From the NCBI GenBank assembly GCA_907165135.1, contig OU015569.1, positions 2,418,001 to 2,482,000 of the forward strand: a DNA stretch of 64,000 bases, read 5' to 3'. Position numbers and translations under genes: made by a program. This DNA is from Oikopleura dioica (lineage: Eukaryota > Animalia > Chordata). Below, piece by piece: positions 21,258-35,319 of the stretch; position 1 is the first letter of the stretch; every line of letters begins with the position of its first letter. The notes under the pieces were generated by a model. The model had not been told where the DNA came from, ran no database searches, and saw only the letters and a list, made by a program, of their open reading frames with translations.

Positions 21258-24200
21258 TTTTGAAAATTTGGTAAGGTGACTTTGTTTGAGCTGGAATCGA
21301 GAAGCCGCCCTGGCAATTCAAATTTGTGCTCTCATGATATCGACGGGCGAATCTTCTAGCCAACGTTATACAACTCAGAATTGAATTTTGCTACGTTTTT
21401 GTTTTCAATTACGTTTTAGGAATTTAACTCTTATTCGTTTAATTAGCGCTACACCCTTTTTTTCATCGAAATTCAGGAAGGACCGATTATTTCTCCTTTT
21501 CGCAGCGTGTATTTTTGCGGCTTGACATGGCTCCATAAAAAGAATGAATCCCTGCAAAAAGCAACAATCAAACCCGTGGATCCTCGCATGTCAAAAGTCG
21601 CCAGACTGTTTCCGATTTCTTGTTAGTTCTAAAACTCGGGCCCGCTGTAGCCGTGATCCCATAGCAATTAGCTCTAGGAATTCAGGGGCCGACCTGACGA
21701 TTTGTATAATTTCTATAGAAGGTGCTTGTTCTAGTGTCAACTGGCCAGAATTTTTAGATGCAGCAGGTGAGCTAACGATGGCCCTCGAGAACTGGCAAAT
21801 AGCACCTCTTCAATCGCCGCGTAAATCAAAAATTCGCCATCGCTAGTTAATTATTTTAATGTTTTTCAATGTGCGCCAATTGGATTTATTCGAACGTGAA
21901 GACTAAACAATCTCTAGTGCGCGAAGCTGGCGTACTTCAGAATGTTTGCGATTTGTTTCGCGAATTTCGGATAAACATCGTCTCAGCGTCTTCCTCAAAA
22001 AATAATGTATAACATGTTTAAAGTGGTTAACTAGTAAAATTATAGCGAAATTAGCAGGCTAACTAGGGCCATTTAACGTAGTAATTTTCAATCAGCCACG
22101 GCCGTAAACGGTGCTTAAAATATTTATTCGACAAAGGGCGGCTATAAATCTTCAATCCCTTGGTGATACTCAGCTCTTCCGCTCTTTCAAGTAGCCGACC
22201 TCCCATACGTCAGGTTGACGGCTCGATTTACATAAGGAAATTCCTTTCTGATCAGCTCAACTTTCGTGAGTTGGAAATTCGGCGCATTTGAATGTCGGCC
22301 GTTTTTAAATTTAAAATTGTATGGGCGCAGGCTTGGCTCCCGACAGTCGAGCATTTTATAGTTTCATTTACTCAACTGAAGCGAATTCCGCTTTTGTGAG
22401 CTTGCCTCACGGCGCGTTTGCATTTTACGTGTGCCCAAGTGCTGAGAGGAGCGCGGCCGAGTGGCTCCGCTCAAAAGAAGCTCAAAGAGCTCAAAAGACA
22501 GCTCCCAGATGAATCATCAAACCCGCTATTTTTTTTTTCTTATTCTCGGATGCGGAGATGCTCGGCCAGAGATGAACTTTTTTTCTGTAGAGAGACGAAA
22601 ACGGGGATCGAAGTTGAAGGAAAAGGAGCATTCTAATTTCAGTAATGTCGGCGACTTATGACGGCATGGTCTTTATTTAGAAGGCACTTATGGGCCGACG
22701 ATTAGCCGATACCTGGAATGCATGAGGTATCAGATCTTTGGCCACTCAAGATTGTTTAGAGCCAGGGTCGTTTTGTGACGCGATCGAGGCGAAAGCCATT
22801 TCGTTTTTGATCGTGCCTGTAATTACATCTTCTAAATGGGCGCGCGTGTGTTTTTACGCATTTGTGGAATTGCGTATAATTGCCAAGATGAACAGGCGGC
22901 ATCAAATATTTATCAAAACGCAGTGCAAACTGATTGATATCGCCCTGTTGTGTGCCCAACTGCCAGAATTTATACGCTGAGTAAACGTTAAAACCACTGC
23001 GCGACCAAAAATTTTCCCGACATCTGTGGAGCATCAAGCGCACTCCAAATCTTCACTTGTCAGAAAAATTTTTTTTCAATTTTTTTTTTTGCTCTTACAA
23101 AAAAAAATGTAAGATCGACAGTAAAAAGTGGCCATTCGAGAAAATTTTTCAACAAAAAAAACAGCTTGAAAATCGATTAATTAGAGTTCATACTTTCATG
23201 ATATGAAGACTACTGTTAGAGTTAGCCCAAAATACAGTTTAAAACCGCGAAGAAAATGCCGGAGAATATTTATTAAATGAACATCGAGGTATTTCTTGGC
23301 ATCATTTTTTTTTGTTTGAGATTTGGAAAAAGAGAGAGAGAGGCTCTCTCGTGGAGATTATCTTTGTGAGTCTAATTTGGCTACATAAATATTTTGATAA
23401 AAGTGGATATCTGTTGAGTTGGCGGAGAAGAGGTGCCCTTTGTGGCTCTTTTAGCGAGTACGGAAAGTGCACCTGTCCCGGTGATCAGAGTCCTCTTAAA
23501 TCTTCATCTGCAGCGAGCACGTCTTACAAAGGTCAAGTCCTTTACAACGACATAGCCGAATACTTAAACGAAAAACATAAAGCCGACCGTAAGAAAGCCT
23601 ACCAACAAAGAGATTAGAGCCACATGCGCCTAGGCGACGTGAGAATTGAAGAAATCAAGAAAAAAAAATACCCACTTTTCGAAAGATAAATTGAACACTC
23701 ACCAAGGCAACAATTTAATTACTAATAGTAAGCAATCAATTAAATTTTCGCGCTAGAAACGCGCCATTTTATCGTTTCTTTTTGTGAAATTTAATAGCCC
23801 ATCCGTTGAATGTTCAGTGATAATGTTTCTGAATTCGTAAGGTTCAATGTCAATTCAGTAAGCAATTTGCTAAGCACTTTTTATTTGGCGGCAAAGCGAC
23901 AATACGTAGTTTGAGCAATTAGCGCCGACCAACCGGACGATTTGAGAGGTTAATTTCACCGTCTCGCCGAGTCACGAATAGATTCATTTTCCGCCATTTC
24001 ATATATCACATAGAGCTCAACATCTGCCGCCACTGGACCAGGTCCAAAGACAACTAGCAAAAAAATAGAGGGAAATAGAAATTCCCACAATTCCCAGCAT
24101 TGTTGAAAAATGAAAAAAAAATTGTCTAGACGAAAAGATGGCAAAATTATTCATGAATTTCTTTTCATCGAAAAAGTTTAGAGAAACAATTAGAACTTGA

Positions 24201-24484
24201 AATTCCTTTTTTTCGCAAAGGAAAATTTTTAATAAATCTTTAGTTTTTGGACAGTAAAAGTGCTAGTAAGAAGATTGCGGGAGAAAAAGAGTCGCGGTAC
24301 AGCTTGAGAGAGGCCCTTTGTTTGAGAAAAGGAGAATAATTTCTCAAATATTAGAAAAAAGCAAATATACGGCACTGTTCGACCATAAATACTCTTACAC
24401 TGCTTGAGAATCACCGCGCCAATTTTCCGCCGAAAAGATCCTTTCTTTTTAGACAGTTAGTGAATTTTAAAAAACTCGTTCGAA

Positions 24485-26824
24485 ATGGAGACTATCAAGA
24501 AGAAGATCAACGCGCTCAAAGAGGACAACGAAATCAAGCAGGATGAAATCGACAGACTCACAGTAAGATCTTACGAAATTGTTAAAAAAGCTAGCTCCAA
24601 CCAAATGTTAGTTACCTAGTTTTACGCACGTTTTATTGGGATTGTGTTTTGCGTGAAAATAAGTCACTTGTTTTGTTTGATAGCTTATCTGGGCTGTGGG
24701 CTTATTGAGGCTTGCTTGGATCATTTTTCCGCGGCTCGATTACGTCTTTTTTTTAGAGCGAGCTGAAGAAGGAACAGGACGAGCGAGAACGCGTCGAGCA
24801 AGAGCTCCATGCTTTGAACAGCAAGGTCAGTGGAACTGAGAATTATTGCGATGAAAAATATGCTTCCTAGAACAACATGCTCGAAGACGACCTCGAGCGA
24901 GCCGAGGAGAAACTTCAAAGTATCACTTCGCGACTTTCCACCGCTGAAACCGAGAAAGACGAAGCCGACCGCGCAGTTCAAAGGTTACACAAATCAAGAA
25001 CTTGCCAATAAAGCTGTATTTAGCCTTTCAATTTCCGAAGGAAACGCATCCGATAAGCTCATGGATCTCGAACAGCAGCTCAAAGAAGCGAAGATCTTAG
25101 CCGAAGAATCTGACAGGTAATTTTTGAATTGTTTTCCACTTGGCAGGTTGAACTTTTTTTAACCATTTATGATGAACTTGCGGTGCGAGACAAAATGTCG
25201 GATGTCATTTCTTGCCATGTGACATTAAACGTGGACAGTGCTGTTTTTGATCTAACGTATACATGATGAGGCGTAACCAAAATCAAGTTTACGAAAATTC
25301 AATAACATCGCCACGATGCGGCTTCGATTAGGAATTATCGACCAAAGTTGATAAATTGCTGAAAGAGACTTATTTCTTTTTTCAGAAAATACGAAGAGGT
25401 CCAGCGAAAACTCGTCGCCGTCGAAGGCGATTTGGAGCGAGCGGAAGACAAGGCCGACGAGTTCCAGCGTAAATTTAATGCCAAGGGTTTTACATTTTCT
25501 GTTACATATCTTCGCATACTAGAGGAGGTTGACTAGCCGTTTCGATAAACTGGGCTCGGCAACCTGAGTAGAAAACCTGAGTCAGGGTTCTAAAAGAGTA
25601 AACTGAAAAGCCGCGTAGCGGCTTTTTTTTAATGAAGCCGCAAAGCGGCTTCGCTAGTTACAATAACTCATTGAGTTGATAACTTTGGCGAAGCCGCTTT
25701 GCGGCTTCGTTTTTAGAAAAAGCCGCTACGCGGCTTCTCATTTTACTCTTTTAAAACCCTGACTCAGGTTTTTTTCTCAGGCTGCCGACTCGGCAGTGCC
25801 GAGCCAAGTCGATAAAAGCCCGAAAGGGAGTCAAAGTTGTCCCTTTTTCGCGAGAACCTCTGGTAGAGTGAATGTAAAACCGCCACTACAGATGTGCAGA
25901 GCGAGGTTCGGGACCTAGATACTAGTTTGAAAAGTGCGCAAGCACTCGAAGTAAATGCATCTGAGCGCGAAGAAGAGCTAGAGCAAAAAATCGCCAAGGT
26001 TTTTTTTTAAATTCTCTCAGTAATTGTCGATTTCTTTTTCGTTCTATCATTTTGAGAGCGATTGATAGAGCTTGTTGTTTTTTGTTTCTAGTTTTCTAAC
26101 ATAGTTGTTAGAAGGTTGTTAGGCCAACTATAGTAAGGCAAATCGTCAGGGTGCGTACTAAGTAAATACACGGGGTCTGATACAAACGCATGTTCACTGC
26201 GTTCTAGAGAGAAAGAACCCACTTCGCATGGCAGAGCACAGCGCCATTTCCATCTGATTCGATTCCATGCGAAATCAAGGAAGACTCACTAAAGTGTTTT
26301 TCTTTGTGCGTGGCGCGCAACCCATCTAGAACAACAGTAAACGTAGCTCAGCGAGACTCTTAGAGTACCAGTGCCCGTCCTTGTGATTCGGTTACGTAAT
26401 TAATTACGACGTTGATTTGCGATTGTTGAACAAAATTGAACAAAAAATGGAAGCGAATGTTTTTTCGGTGATTTTCGTGATTTCGTCCCTTCGGGTGCCA
26501 AAGTGCAGTGTATTTTGTATTAGTTGAATGAATCTCTCCGCGAGTTGGACAGAACAAACGAGACGCTGGGCAAGGAGAACACCAGGCTGCTCAAGGACAA
26601 CGAAGATCTAGAGGCCGAAATCGAAAGCATCAAGCTCGAGGAACAGTTCACAAATGAAATTTCGCATTTCGCTTTTTCGTATTTCCATTCCCCTGTTTTG
26701 ACATCAAACGAACTCGGGGTGAGAATTCGTATTTTGGGATTTTTAATTTTGATGGAACTGAAAAAAGCGAGACCAAATTAAGGAGGAACTGGCGCAAACC
26801 ATTCGCGAGCTGGGCGAAATCTAA
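24485..26824 (+). CDS. tpm: Tropomyosin (short-type N-terminus, divergent C-terminal half)
   Basis: METIKKKINALKED..., [49 protein letters not shown], ...LAQTIRELGEI*; multi-exon. Confidence 0.85.
25550..25808. mobile_element. MITE family copy 2, in a tropomyosin intron
   Basis: Same TIR/hairpin architecture as 18531-18765. Confidence 0.85.
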
Positions 26825-27079
26825 GCAAGAAGACAACTGACCCTCCACCTCTCCGCATCCTTCGAGTGCCTTCAGCATCTGTGAAAATCCTTGTAATATC
26901 CTCTTTCGCTCACCAAAACCTAAAATCACGGTGTTACTTCGACAATCACAAATTTGCCTTCTTCTCATTTCATAGACAACACACAACCCACCCACGACCA
27001 TGTAAACAACAGTATTGACAATTTTTACGACTACGACATTCTCAATTATTTGAATAAATAAATTAATAAAGCCAGTTTC

Positions 27080-27855
27080 CTACGAAAGAGTGTATTCGGC
27101 GGTCAAAGATACAGCAGTCGCATCAAAAAAGCCCATCGAAGCGTACTCGAACTCAAACCACAGTTCATCGTAGTTGACGACTTGCAGATTCTCCAATCGA
27201 AAGGAGGCCCCGTTGCCAGATGGGGGCCACACGGAAACCCGACTGTCGGAAACTCTGAGGCTCTGTACTCGCTCTGGAAAAAGCAAATCCACGTGGGTCG
27301 TATTTTCCCATGAAGTGGCCGGTCGGAGAGCTGTTCGAACGTTTTTCTTCAAGAGATTATTTGGAAATGAAAATATAAAAATTCCGTCTTTATTGTGTTC
27401 AATAAAAACCCATATCATTATATAACGGAGAATTTTTAAGGAACTTTCCTGGGTTTTTCTCCCGACAAGTGATAGAAATATCATTAATCGAGAAGCCTTC
27501 AACTGACGAAGGGTGAAAATAAACAATGCCCTCTAAGTTGTCTCCTTTCCAATTTTGTGGGAAGGTCACGTGATAGCGCTGCGTTGAATACTCTGACAAC
27601 TGTGGGAGGATGAAGCCAGTGAAAGGTTGAAAGACCGAAATTGCCTCTGGAAATTTGAACTCGCAAGTGGCATTTTTCGGGTCAGCAGGAAAACTGATGA
27701 TTGAAAAGATAAATCCGCCTGAATACGATTATAGCATGCAGCATGGATCGCTATTTACCAGGATGTTGAGGATTCCAAGGCCACTCGGTATTTATAGACA
27801 CGTTGATTGGTATCTCTGAAGCTTGAAAACAGCTCAAAAATAGAAAAAATAGCAT
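27080..27855 (-). CDS. Secreted protein of unknown function (two beta-rich repeats)
   Basis: Hydrophobic start MLFFLFLSCFQA and three exons joined by GT-AG introns; no family recognised with confidence. Confidence 0.55.
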
Positions 27856-28499
27856 TTTCTCCGCTGCTCTGCCTGCTGCTTACAATGTTCGGCTAGTGCT
27901 CCACCGGATTAGAGATAACCATAAATAAAGAATTTCGCCAAATCTGGCCCATGGCGCTGGAATTTCGGGAATCGTGTCTCGGCGGATCATGCTGAGCTCG
28001 ACGTAATACAAGGGATGCAATTTATTCGATCGTTAAAATAACGACGAGTCGCCCAGCGCGCTAAGACTGGCTTATTTGGTGACAAAATTGTGTTGACGAT
28101 TAGTAGGGTGGCTCTAAAATTGTCTCTAATTGGATCAGCTCCCCTTCGAGGGGCTCATCCATTTGCCTCATCTCATATTGACTCATCAGGACGCGGGGTT
28201 CATCGCTCACTGCTAGAATTCTAGCAACTGCTACCTGTAGTAGCTCTGAAATCTTATGTTTTCGCCATTTGGGAGAGATGCGAGCCTGATCGGAAGAGAG
28301 CCAGAGCAAAATAGAAACTACTGGCGAGCAGCAATTGGTAATTAACGCCTCGAAAATTTGAGAAAAATAATAACTTCTTGAAGACATTTGCGATGGCAAG
28401 GAAAGACCGGAAAAAGTCAACATTTCTATTGACAAATCGAAGGGAACAATAACCGCCAGGAAAGGTTGTCAATTATCGTGATAATCAAAAATATTTTAA

Positions 28500-31439
28500 A
28501 AAGAAGTTTTTGCTTAATAACCTTGCGCAGTGGCGAGCTGCCTTTGTCGGGAACGACATTCAAAAAAGTAGTCTCTTTTCCGAATAATGTTCGATCGGAA
28601 ACAATTCAAAGCACACTCCAGGGAAAAACGTTGACTTTGAGTGGAGAAACGGATCCTACCAAGACTGATGGATTTTTATCTGGGGGCTTTGGACGTGGAG
28701 GCTTTTCTGATCCCTTCGAAAGCAACGCTTCTAAGGTTAGTTCGAATATTTAAAATTGTCGTGGAGGTTTTATTTTCGCAGAGTTTTAACGATATGGCGA
28801 AGAATTTCTTTGGAAGCTCGTGGAAAGACTTTGACACGTCGTTTGAAAATCAAGCTGGTCTAATGGAACGACCCTCAAGATTGGTTCTTTTTAATTCCTT
28901 TCCTTTTTCGAAGAAATTCGTTAATTGAAATCAAATCGTGAAACCAAATTTGCTTTTTTGTTTGTGTAACTTTGCAGGTCGCTGACCTTAAAATGACATA
29001 AACCGGGAACCAGAAAAAAGCCAAACTCGAATTCGAACTTCTGAACTTCCTGGATTACGAGACGGTCGATCTTCAGTCGAATCTCCTTCTTTGCGCGAAC
29101 GGACTCGCAGTCCCTATTCTATGAGAAGCTCGCCTTCGATGGAACCGATTGCCATCCCGCTTTCAGTGCAAACAGTAAGACTTCAAAAGAAACAGAGATT
29201 TCACTGCTAATATTTCAGGAGCCGATTTTGACAACAAACTGCAACGACAACGTTCGCTGGGAAGTTCAACTCAAGACCGAGGAGAAAATTCTCCCACAGC
29301 AAATAAAAATCACCGTCTTTGGCAACACGTAAGTTCTGCCGAAATATCCACAAACAAGTCACCGTTGTATAGAATCAAAATCACGGGCGAGTTTGAGAAG
29401 TCGATCGAAATACCCAGCGATGTCGAAATATCGAAAATACGGACTTGGATCAAGGACAAATCTCTTTTCATTTCTGGTGCAAAGAAACAAGCTAAACCGG
29501 TTCAAGCAGCATCTAAAATGAGCGCGCCGACGAATAGACTCATTACGAACTCGGCCGACAAATGGGAGCTGCATGTGGATTTGGGAGAAAATTGTCCTGA
29601 TCCTAATGATTTGTCGATTATCGTTAAGCAGAACTTTTTGTGTATTTACATTGGAAGAGTAAGACAATACTGAATTGAATTTACAAACGATAATTTCAGG
29701 GCGACGCCGAGAAAATCCTGCACGACCGAGTAGCTATTCCAGCGAATGTCAAACCAAAGAACATTCAAACTGCGATCAAAGGCAAAGTCCTTGTCGTTTC
29801 TGCTCCCAAAGGACTTTCAAAGTACAACCGACTTTTTTCTCAAATACTTCATCGTTGTTTAGGCCAACAATGTTTAATTCTACAGCTGATATTGACCTGT
29901 TTCCCGGCGGCTTTCAGATAATAAGTGGTGGCTGATGTAGATAAACTGATATAACCAGAAAGAACATCTATTTGCATCTGTTTAGATTTCCCAGCTTATC
30001 AGCCCTAAATAGTCCAATCGCGGAGATTTGCCAACATCTTTCTCAAAAATGCAATCAACAAAGACTCCAATTTCATCCACATTCGGAATGGACAGCACTT
30101 TTCCAGATTACAGTGGTTTGGGCAATTCTGCTGGTTCTTATGAAGTCATTGAAAACAGCCCTAAAAGATATCGCGTTCGAGTGCCAGTTACTTCTGGTAA
30201 ATTCTGCCGAAAATTACCGTATTCTTCCGGCTAATTGAGAAATTTAGACTTATTTTCATCCTCTGCGAATATCATCATCAAAGTCAACGGGCAAAAAGTA
30301 ACGGTTGAAGCAAAGATCGAAGCTACAGATGCTTATGGAAACAAGAAGATCTCCAAAATCTGCAAAGACGTTACACTTCCAGCTGACTGCAACATGAAAA
30401 CTTTGAAAACTCAAGAAGAAAACAACGCCGTCATCATTTCTGTCGACAAAAATGAAATATCACAGCCTGATTTTGTTCCTCTAAAGGTTGGCTTGAAGAT
30501 TCTAGAAGAGACCATGGTTTTTTTAGGAGCGACAAGCGTACGAAGGGCGGGGAGTCAACTCTCCTTGGACGTTGACGGGATCGAGCCCAAGTCCTCGGCC
30601 ATCTTCTCAGACAGATGCTTTTCCGCAGCCTCCAACTCAAGATGAAGTTTTTCCCGAAGCACGTGCTGAGTCGAGAACCAGAAAACATTCAAAGAACGTT
30701 AGATTCAGTGAAGAGCCCCCTAAAGTTACTCAAGTCGATACAGATGAGCCTCCATCACCCCAAGTTGCGCAAAACAAGGCAAACCAACCGACCCCGAAGA
30801 AAAAAGGTATCATGAAATGAATGATTCTATTTGAAAATTTCAAAGGAATCGGTCGGATGGACAGCAATGACTTTATTATGGCGGAAGAAGAGGACGTTGC
30901 AGCTTCTCTCAGAAGCCTGACTCTTCCAGTTCTAGAAGAAAGGCCTGCTTCAATTCCTCCAGATGAGCCGATTGAAGACTTGGGTGTTTTTGGTGGCTCG
31001 ACTCCGCAAATAGAAAAGCCGAATCCGTTTATCCGCCCTATTCTACAAAAGCCACAGGACTTTATCGCTACAAACGAGCCTGATCCAAGGAAGGTTTTCT
31101 AGTGCAATTATCATCCAGAGCAGTGATTTTCTATTGCCAGAAAAAGCCTTTGAAAGCATTGTTCCGCTCAAGGTTGTCAACGATCCGCCGCAGCGGCAGA
31201 TGGCCACTAAATTTCCAAATTATAACACAGATCCCATCACGAGAACAGCGCCAAGCCCTTACTGTCCCTTCCCAACTGACAACGCGGGCTTTCCGCCACC
31301 TCCTCCTTGCGTGACGGGTGCAGGCTCAGCAACTACAACATTTGGAACACCTCTTATGCCTCCGCCTGCCTACTACGATTCGACCACCACCCGCCGTGCC
31401 TCCGTAGACATTCCAGTAGAACACGTGGACGATGCATGA
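28500..31439 (+). CDS. Protein with several tandem alpha-crystallin/HSP20-like domains and a Pro/acidic disordered tail
   Basis: Repeated F-x-K-x-(V/I)-x-(L/I/F)-P-x-x-V...L-x-(I/L/V)-S-(G/A) segments near 28560-28660, 29390-29480, 29710-29815 and 30350-30450; start codon not located. Confidence 0.7.
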
Positions 31440-31989
31440 TTTTTTTTAACTTTCTTATTCGCTGAATTAAATAACCCTTACTTGCTTTCAAATACAACCT
31501 GCAAAGACACAACAAACACAAAGAAGTTTTTCAGGTTTAAAATTTGAATTTTGATTCAATTATTGAATCCGAAAAACTTCTCAAAGTTTTGAAAGTCAAA
31601 ATTGATTTTATTCAGGAATGAATCTCCGAAGTTTTCTGAAGCCCCGAAATTCTGATTCAAGACCTAGACGTAAGAAGATATGATTAGATTTCCATTTTTT
31701 CGGAAAGTGGAAATACAACCAGTTTAATCTCTTCACACTTGTGTTAGTTGATCTTCATTATCGCGGTGTAATGGCCTCAAAGTCGACATCAATTGTGACA
31801 AGAGCAGGTCAAATTTTTCAATCGGCCAGATAAATTCCCGACCGTTCGGCGAGCGAATAATTTTTTGAAAGTTATGCGCAGGAGTTGAGCTTTTAAATGA
31901 ATTTCAAATTATTTTTTCTTGCAAAAAGTTTTTTCCTTTTAATTTGAGAGCTCTTAAAAGAGGAAGATCAGTAGTTGGATATTTTTTCA

Positions 31990-33778
31990 GTTACTCGCTA
32001 TGCAATCTGAGAGATAATAACTACGGAGAAGTTTGCCCTGCAGTAGAGCATCACGAAACATGGGCAGGTCCGAATCCGATAAAGCATCAGTCCTGTCCTG
32101 GGTATCGATGCTGTGATGGCACGAATCTCTGGTGCCTCGGATGTAACCCGGTTCTTCTGAATATGGGCGTTCCTTGCGAAGAGCAAAGTACAGAATCCAC
32201 AGGAGTATGGAAAAGAGACTGCTTTTGTGATGTTTCGTGCATTGAGTTCCAAGACTGCTGCAGAGGAAAGGTTCTGGAAGCTTACTTTCAAAATAAAGGA
32301 GAAAAAAATATTGAACCTTTTTAAGACCACGAAGAGATATGCGAGCCAGTTTTGCTAACAACACCCGGTAATGCAACCTAGTTTCGAGATTTTATAATCC
32401 TTTTTTAGCATCAACCACTTTTACATACGAAACGACGGAATCAACAGAGCCAAGTCGGGAAGGAGCATCCTGCGCGAGTCGATCTTCTTCTGAATCTCTT
32501 TGTCCTTCAGGGCCAGTCGACAATATTAACGTTAGTTTAAGAAAAATCAAAATTTAACTGAAAAAAGGATCGCCTGATTGTGATGATCATCTGTGCTGCC
32601 TGGAGATGGGAAGTGATTGCTACGGATGTGTTCCTGAACTGGTCGAAATCGGTATTCCTTGTTACCGTCAGCCGACGATCAACAAGGCAGAATGGACTTC
32701 GAGCATTACTGACGGCTACGGGAAACGAGACTGCTTCTGTGATCAAGCGTGCGAGAGCTTTGGTGACTGTTGTTTCGATCACAAAGAAGTTTGCAAACCG
32801 CTCTTCGAAGAAAAGGGCACATCAACAGACTCAACCGACGTTGCTGTGCGACGATGTTCGCCCAAATGCCATCGCCAGGAATTCATCTCGTCCTTGACGA
32901 ATCTTGGAAATCCTCAGTACAAACTGGACGCAGAATGTCAACCGGATGGCTTGTTTGATATTTGGACTGTAATTTGCACGGATCCAGAGGGAATACTGCC
33001 GGAAATTCGCCAAGAGGGGTTGAAATATTATTTTACAACTTTAGTTTCAAAGTTGTAGTATTTCGAACCTTTTGTAGTCCTCCGAGCATAAGGCTCAAAA
33101 CTGAGAAAATCGCGACATTATGTCTCGCTGACCGCACAATTCAGGAATCAAAATGCCAAAGTTAATTGTATATTAATTGGATTTAGTGCGGGGAAAGAAC
33201 TCAAGAGCCAGAAGTTGTCGAGTGCAATTGCGATGAGTCAGCACTTCGAGAGCAAATGGGCCAAAACGTAGGACAGGATTTTAATAAGAGACTGACTGAC
33301 AATCAATCACATTCCATTAAATTATTGATGATCAGTATAAAATCTTGATAAAGAACTTGCTTGCTCAGAAGTCATCAACTTCAAGAAAGAAAAATGGTAC
33401 GCCAATTGTCCAGGAGAAACACCTAAGCTTATGACCTTCAAAATGTGCAAAGCATCATCATTAGGCTGCGAGAGTGATCAAACTGAGAGCGAAGAAAATG
33501 ACTGCGTGCTCAAGGAAAATCAGATTCTCCCATATGTCTCTATAGAAGGTAGGCTAGAGCTCATTCTCGAGCTGCATTATTGGCAATAATTTATTGTAGG
33601 AACGCGAGTGGACGTAAACGCTATTTGTGATGGTGTTTCTGACGGATTAGACAAGTGGACACTCTACTGTGATGCAAATTCGAACGGTGAGCTTGATGAT
33701 GACGAGTCTCGACAGAGCTACAAACTCAAGCAAAACCCTGCGAAGATTCGCAAGAAAGGCGTCAAGATTAACTGTTAA
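31990..33778 (+). CDS. Cys-rich extracellular protein with two somatomedin-B-like domains
   Basis: CC...C...RDCFCDVSCIEFQDCC and RDCFCDQACESFGDCCFDHKEVC; further Cys-rich exons to ...KINC*; 5' end uncertain. Confidence 0.7.
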
Positions 33779-34283
33779 TTATGTCACATTTAATAAATCA
33801 AAATACAAGAAGAAATTTTCTCATGATCATTTTTTTTTATTTTCAACGTTCTCTATTTTTACTCACTCAAAGAATCGATGATAATAATACAGTCTGTATG
33901 ATAACTTTTATGCCGATGTTTTAATGCTACGAATAATTGATCACTATTTGAATCATCACTGCAGTCAGGAATGTGGATCCGCAGCGCAAAATCCGCAAAA
34001 CAGCGCAAAATGCGGGATTTTTCATTCTGCAGCGCAAAACAGCGCAAAATCAGCCCCAAAAATTTCCGTAAAATTTCCGGAAAATTGCGCGCAAAAGCGT
34101 TTTTTGCGCGAAAATTCCACAAAATCTCAATACATTTGCAGTCCGCTAGTAGCAAGGAACACGCGTCCGGCTCGAAATACCAACCGCTTGCGCTCAAGCA
34201 TAAGTTTTTTCTAAATGTTTTTCAATCTTCAATTTCTTTTTTCAGGAAAGTGTTTTTTTATTTATTATCGAGAGACTTTTAGA

Positions 34284-34990
34284 ATGTCAAAGAATTTTGA
34301 GTGCGACCTCTGTGGATTTTATGCACAAAGTAATGATCCTCTTGGCAGACATCGGGGCGGAAGGGATTGCAAGACCCGACAATTATATAACAAGCTTGAA
34401 TCCCAAGAAGGTAAGCTATCTTTTCAGCAAACAGATAATAAATACAATAACCATGGTTTATTGTATCTATTGATTGCAAATTTCAAGTTTTGTAAAAATC
34501 AAAAATGAAATTTTTCTTCAGAAATCCCCGAAAATAGCTGCCATAAATGTAGGGGAACCTTCGCCTCGAAAGACAGCTGGATCTTTCACAAGACTAGTAC
34601 AAAGTGTGGACTGGAAGAACGTGCCTATCGTGAATACGTCAATCAAGCCAAGGCGAGGAAAACTGGTGCGGTTCCGGCATCCGAAAAGATCAAGGACAGC
34701 ACGCCGAAGTGCTCGAAAAGTAACTTACTATTTCAAAACGGTATTAATTATTACCGGTGAAAGCAGACTCAAATCCGGGGTTACGCCGCCACTACAAGTC
34801 TCGAAACTTGTGATTGGCTAGTGCCAAAAGATTGTCGCCATATATGGCGACAATCTTATTATCCAGGCTAAAGGCCTGCTTTCATCGGTATTCAGGGCAT
34901 CGTCGACAAAACAAAGGCGAAGGTCTCGATGGAAACGACTTTCTTCACGGAGGAAAATAGAAAATGGCCACAACTTCGGTTGAAGGTAAA
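34284..34990 (+). CDS. Small multi-exon protein with two CxxC-x12-H-x5-C zinc fingers
   Basis: CDLCGFYAQSNDPLGRHRGGRDC and CHKCRGTFASKDSWIFHKTSTKC in successive exons; 3' end uncertain. Confidence 0.6.
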
Positions 34991-35319
34991 ATATTTTTTG
35001 GTAAGCTGTTGAATCTTACAGGATGTATATATTTGAGTTTTTCTAGCATATAAATTTCGATCCCTTTCGCTACCTTTTGCAGCAGTATCAAACTAGGGTA
35101 ATAAGGAACAGGAAATTCAAATTGGGTTTGAAAATTGAAAACATGGAAGAACCTGAAAACTAGCTCAAAACACTTCAGCTCCCTTTTTAGGGAGTGGCTG
35201 AGGGGGCTTTTTTGCGTTTGGTCAGTTGATTTTTCGAATCAAAAATTGATTCGAATTTGGGACTGATATTTTCAGGCGTAAGAATTTCTCGTGGCGTTTA
35301 GTTAGTTTTTTGTGACGCT

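Noticed and set aside
22300-23650. Several short ORFs, including an LCGSFSEYGKCTC segment resembling a CCCH finger
   Set aside because: No consistent spliced model or complete motif could be assembled.
33960-34145. Cluster of GCGCAAAA repeats as a possible small element
   Set aside because: No clear TIR or TSD and no second copy in the window.
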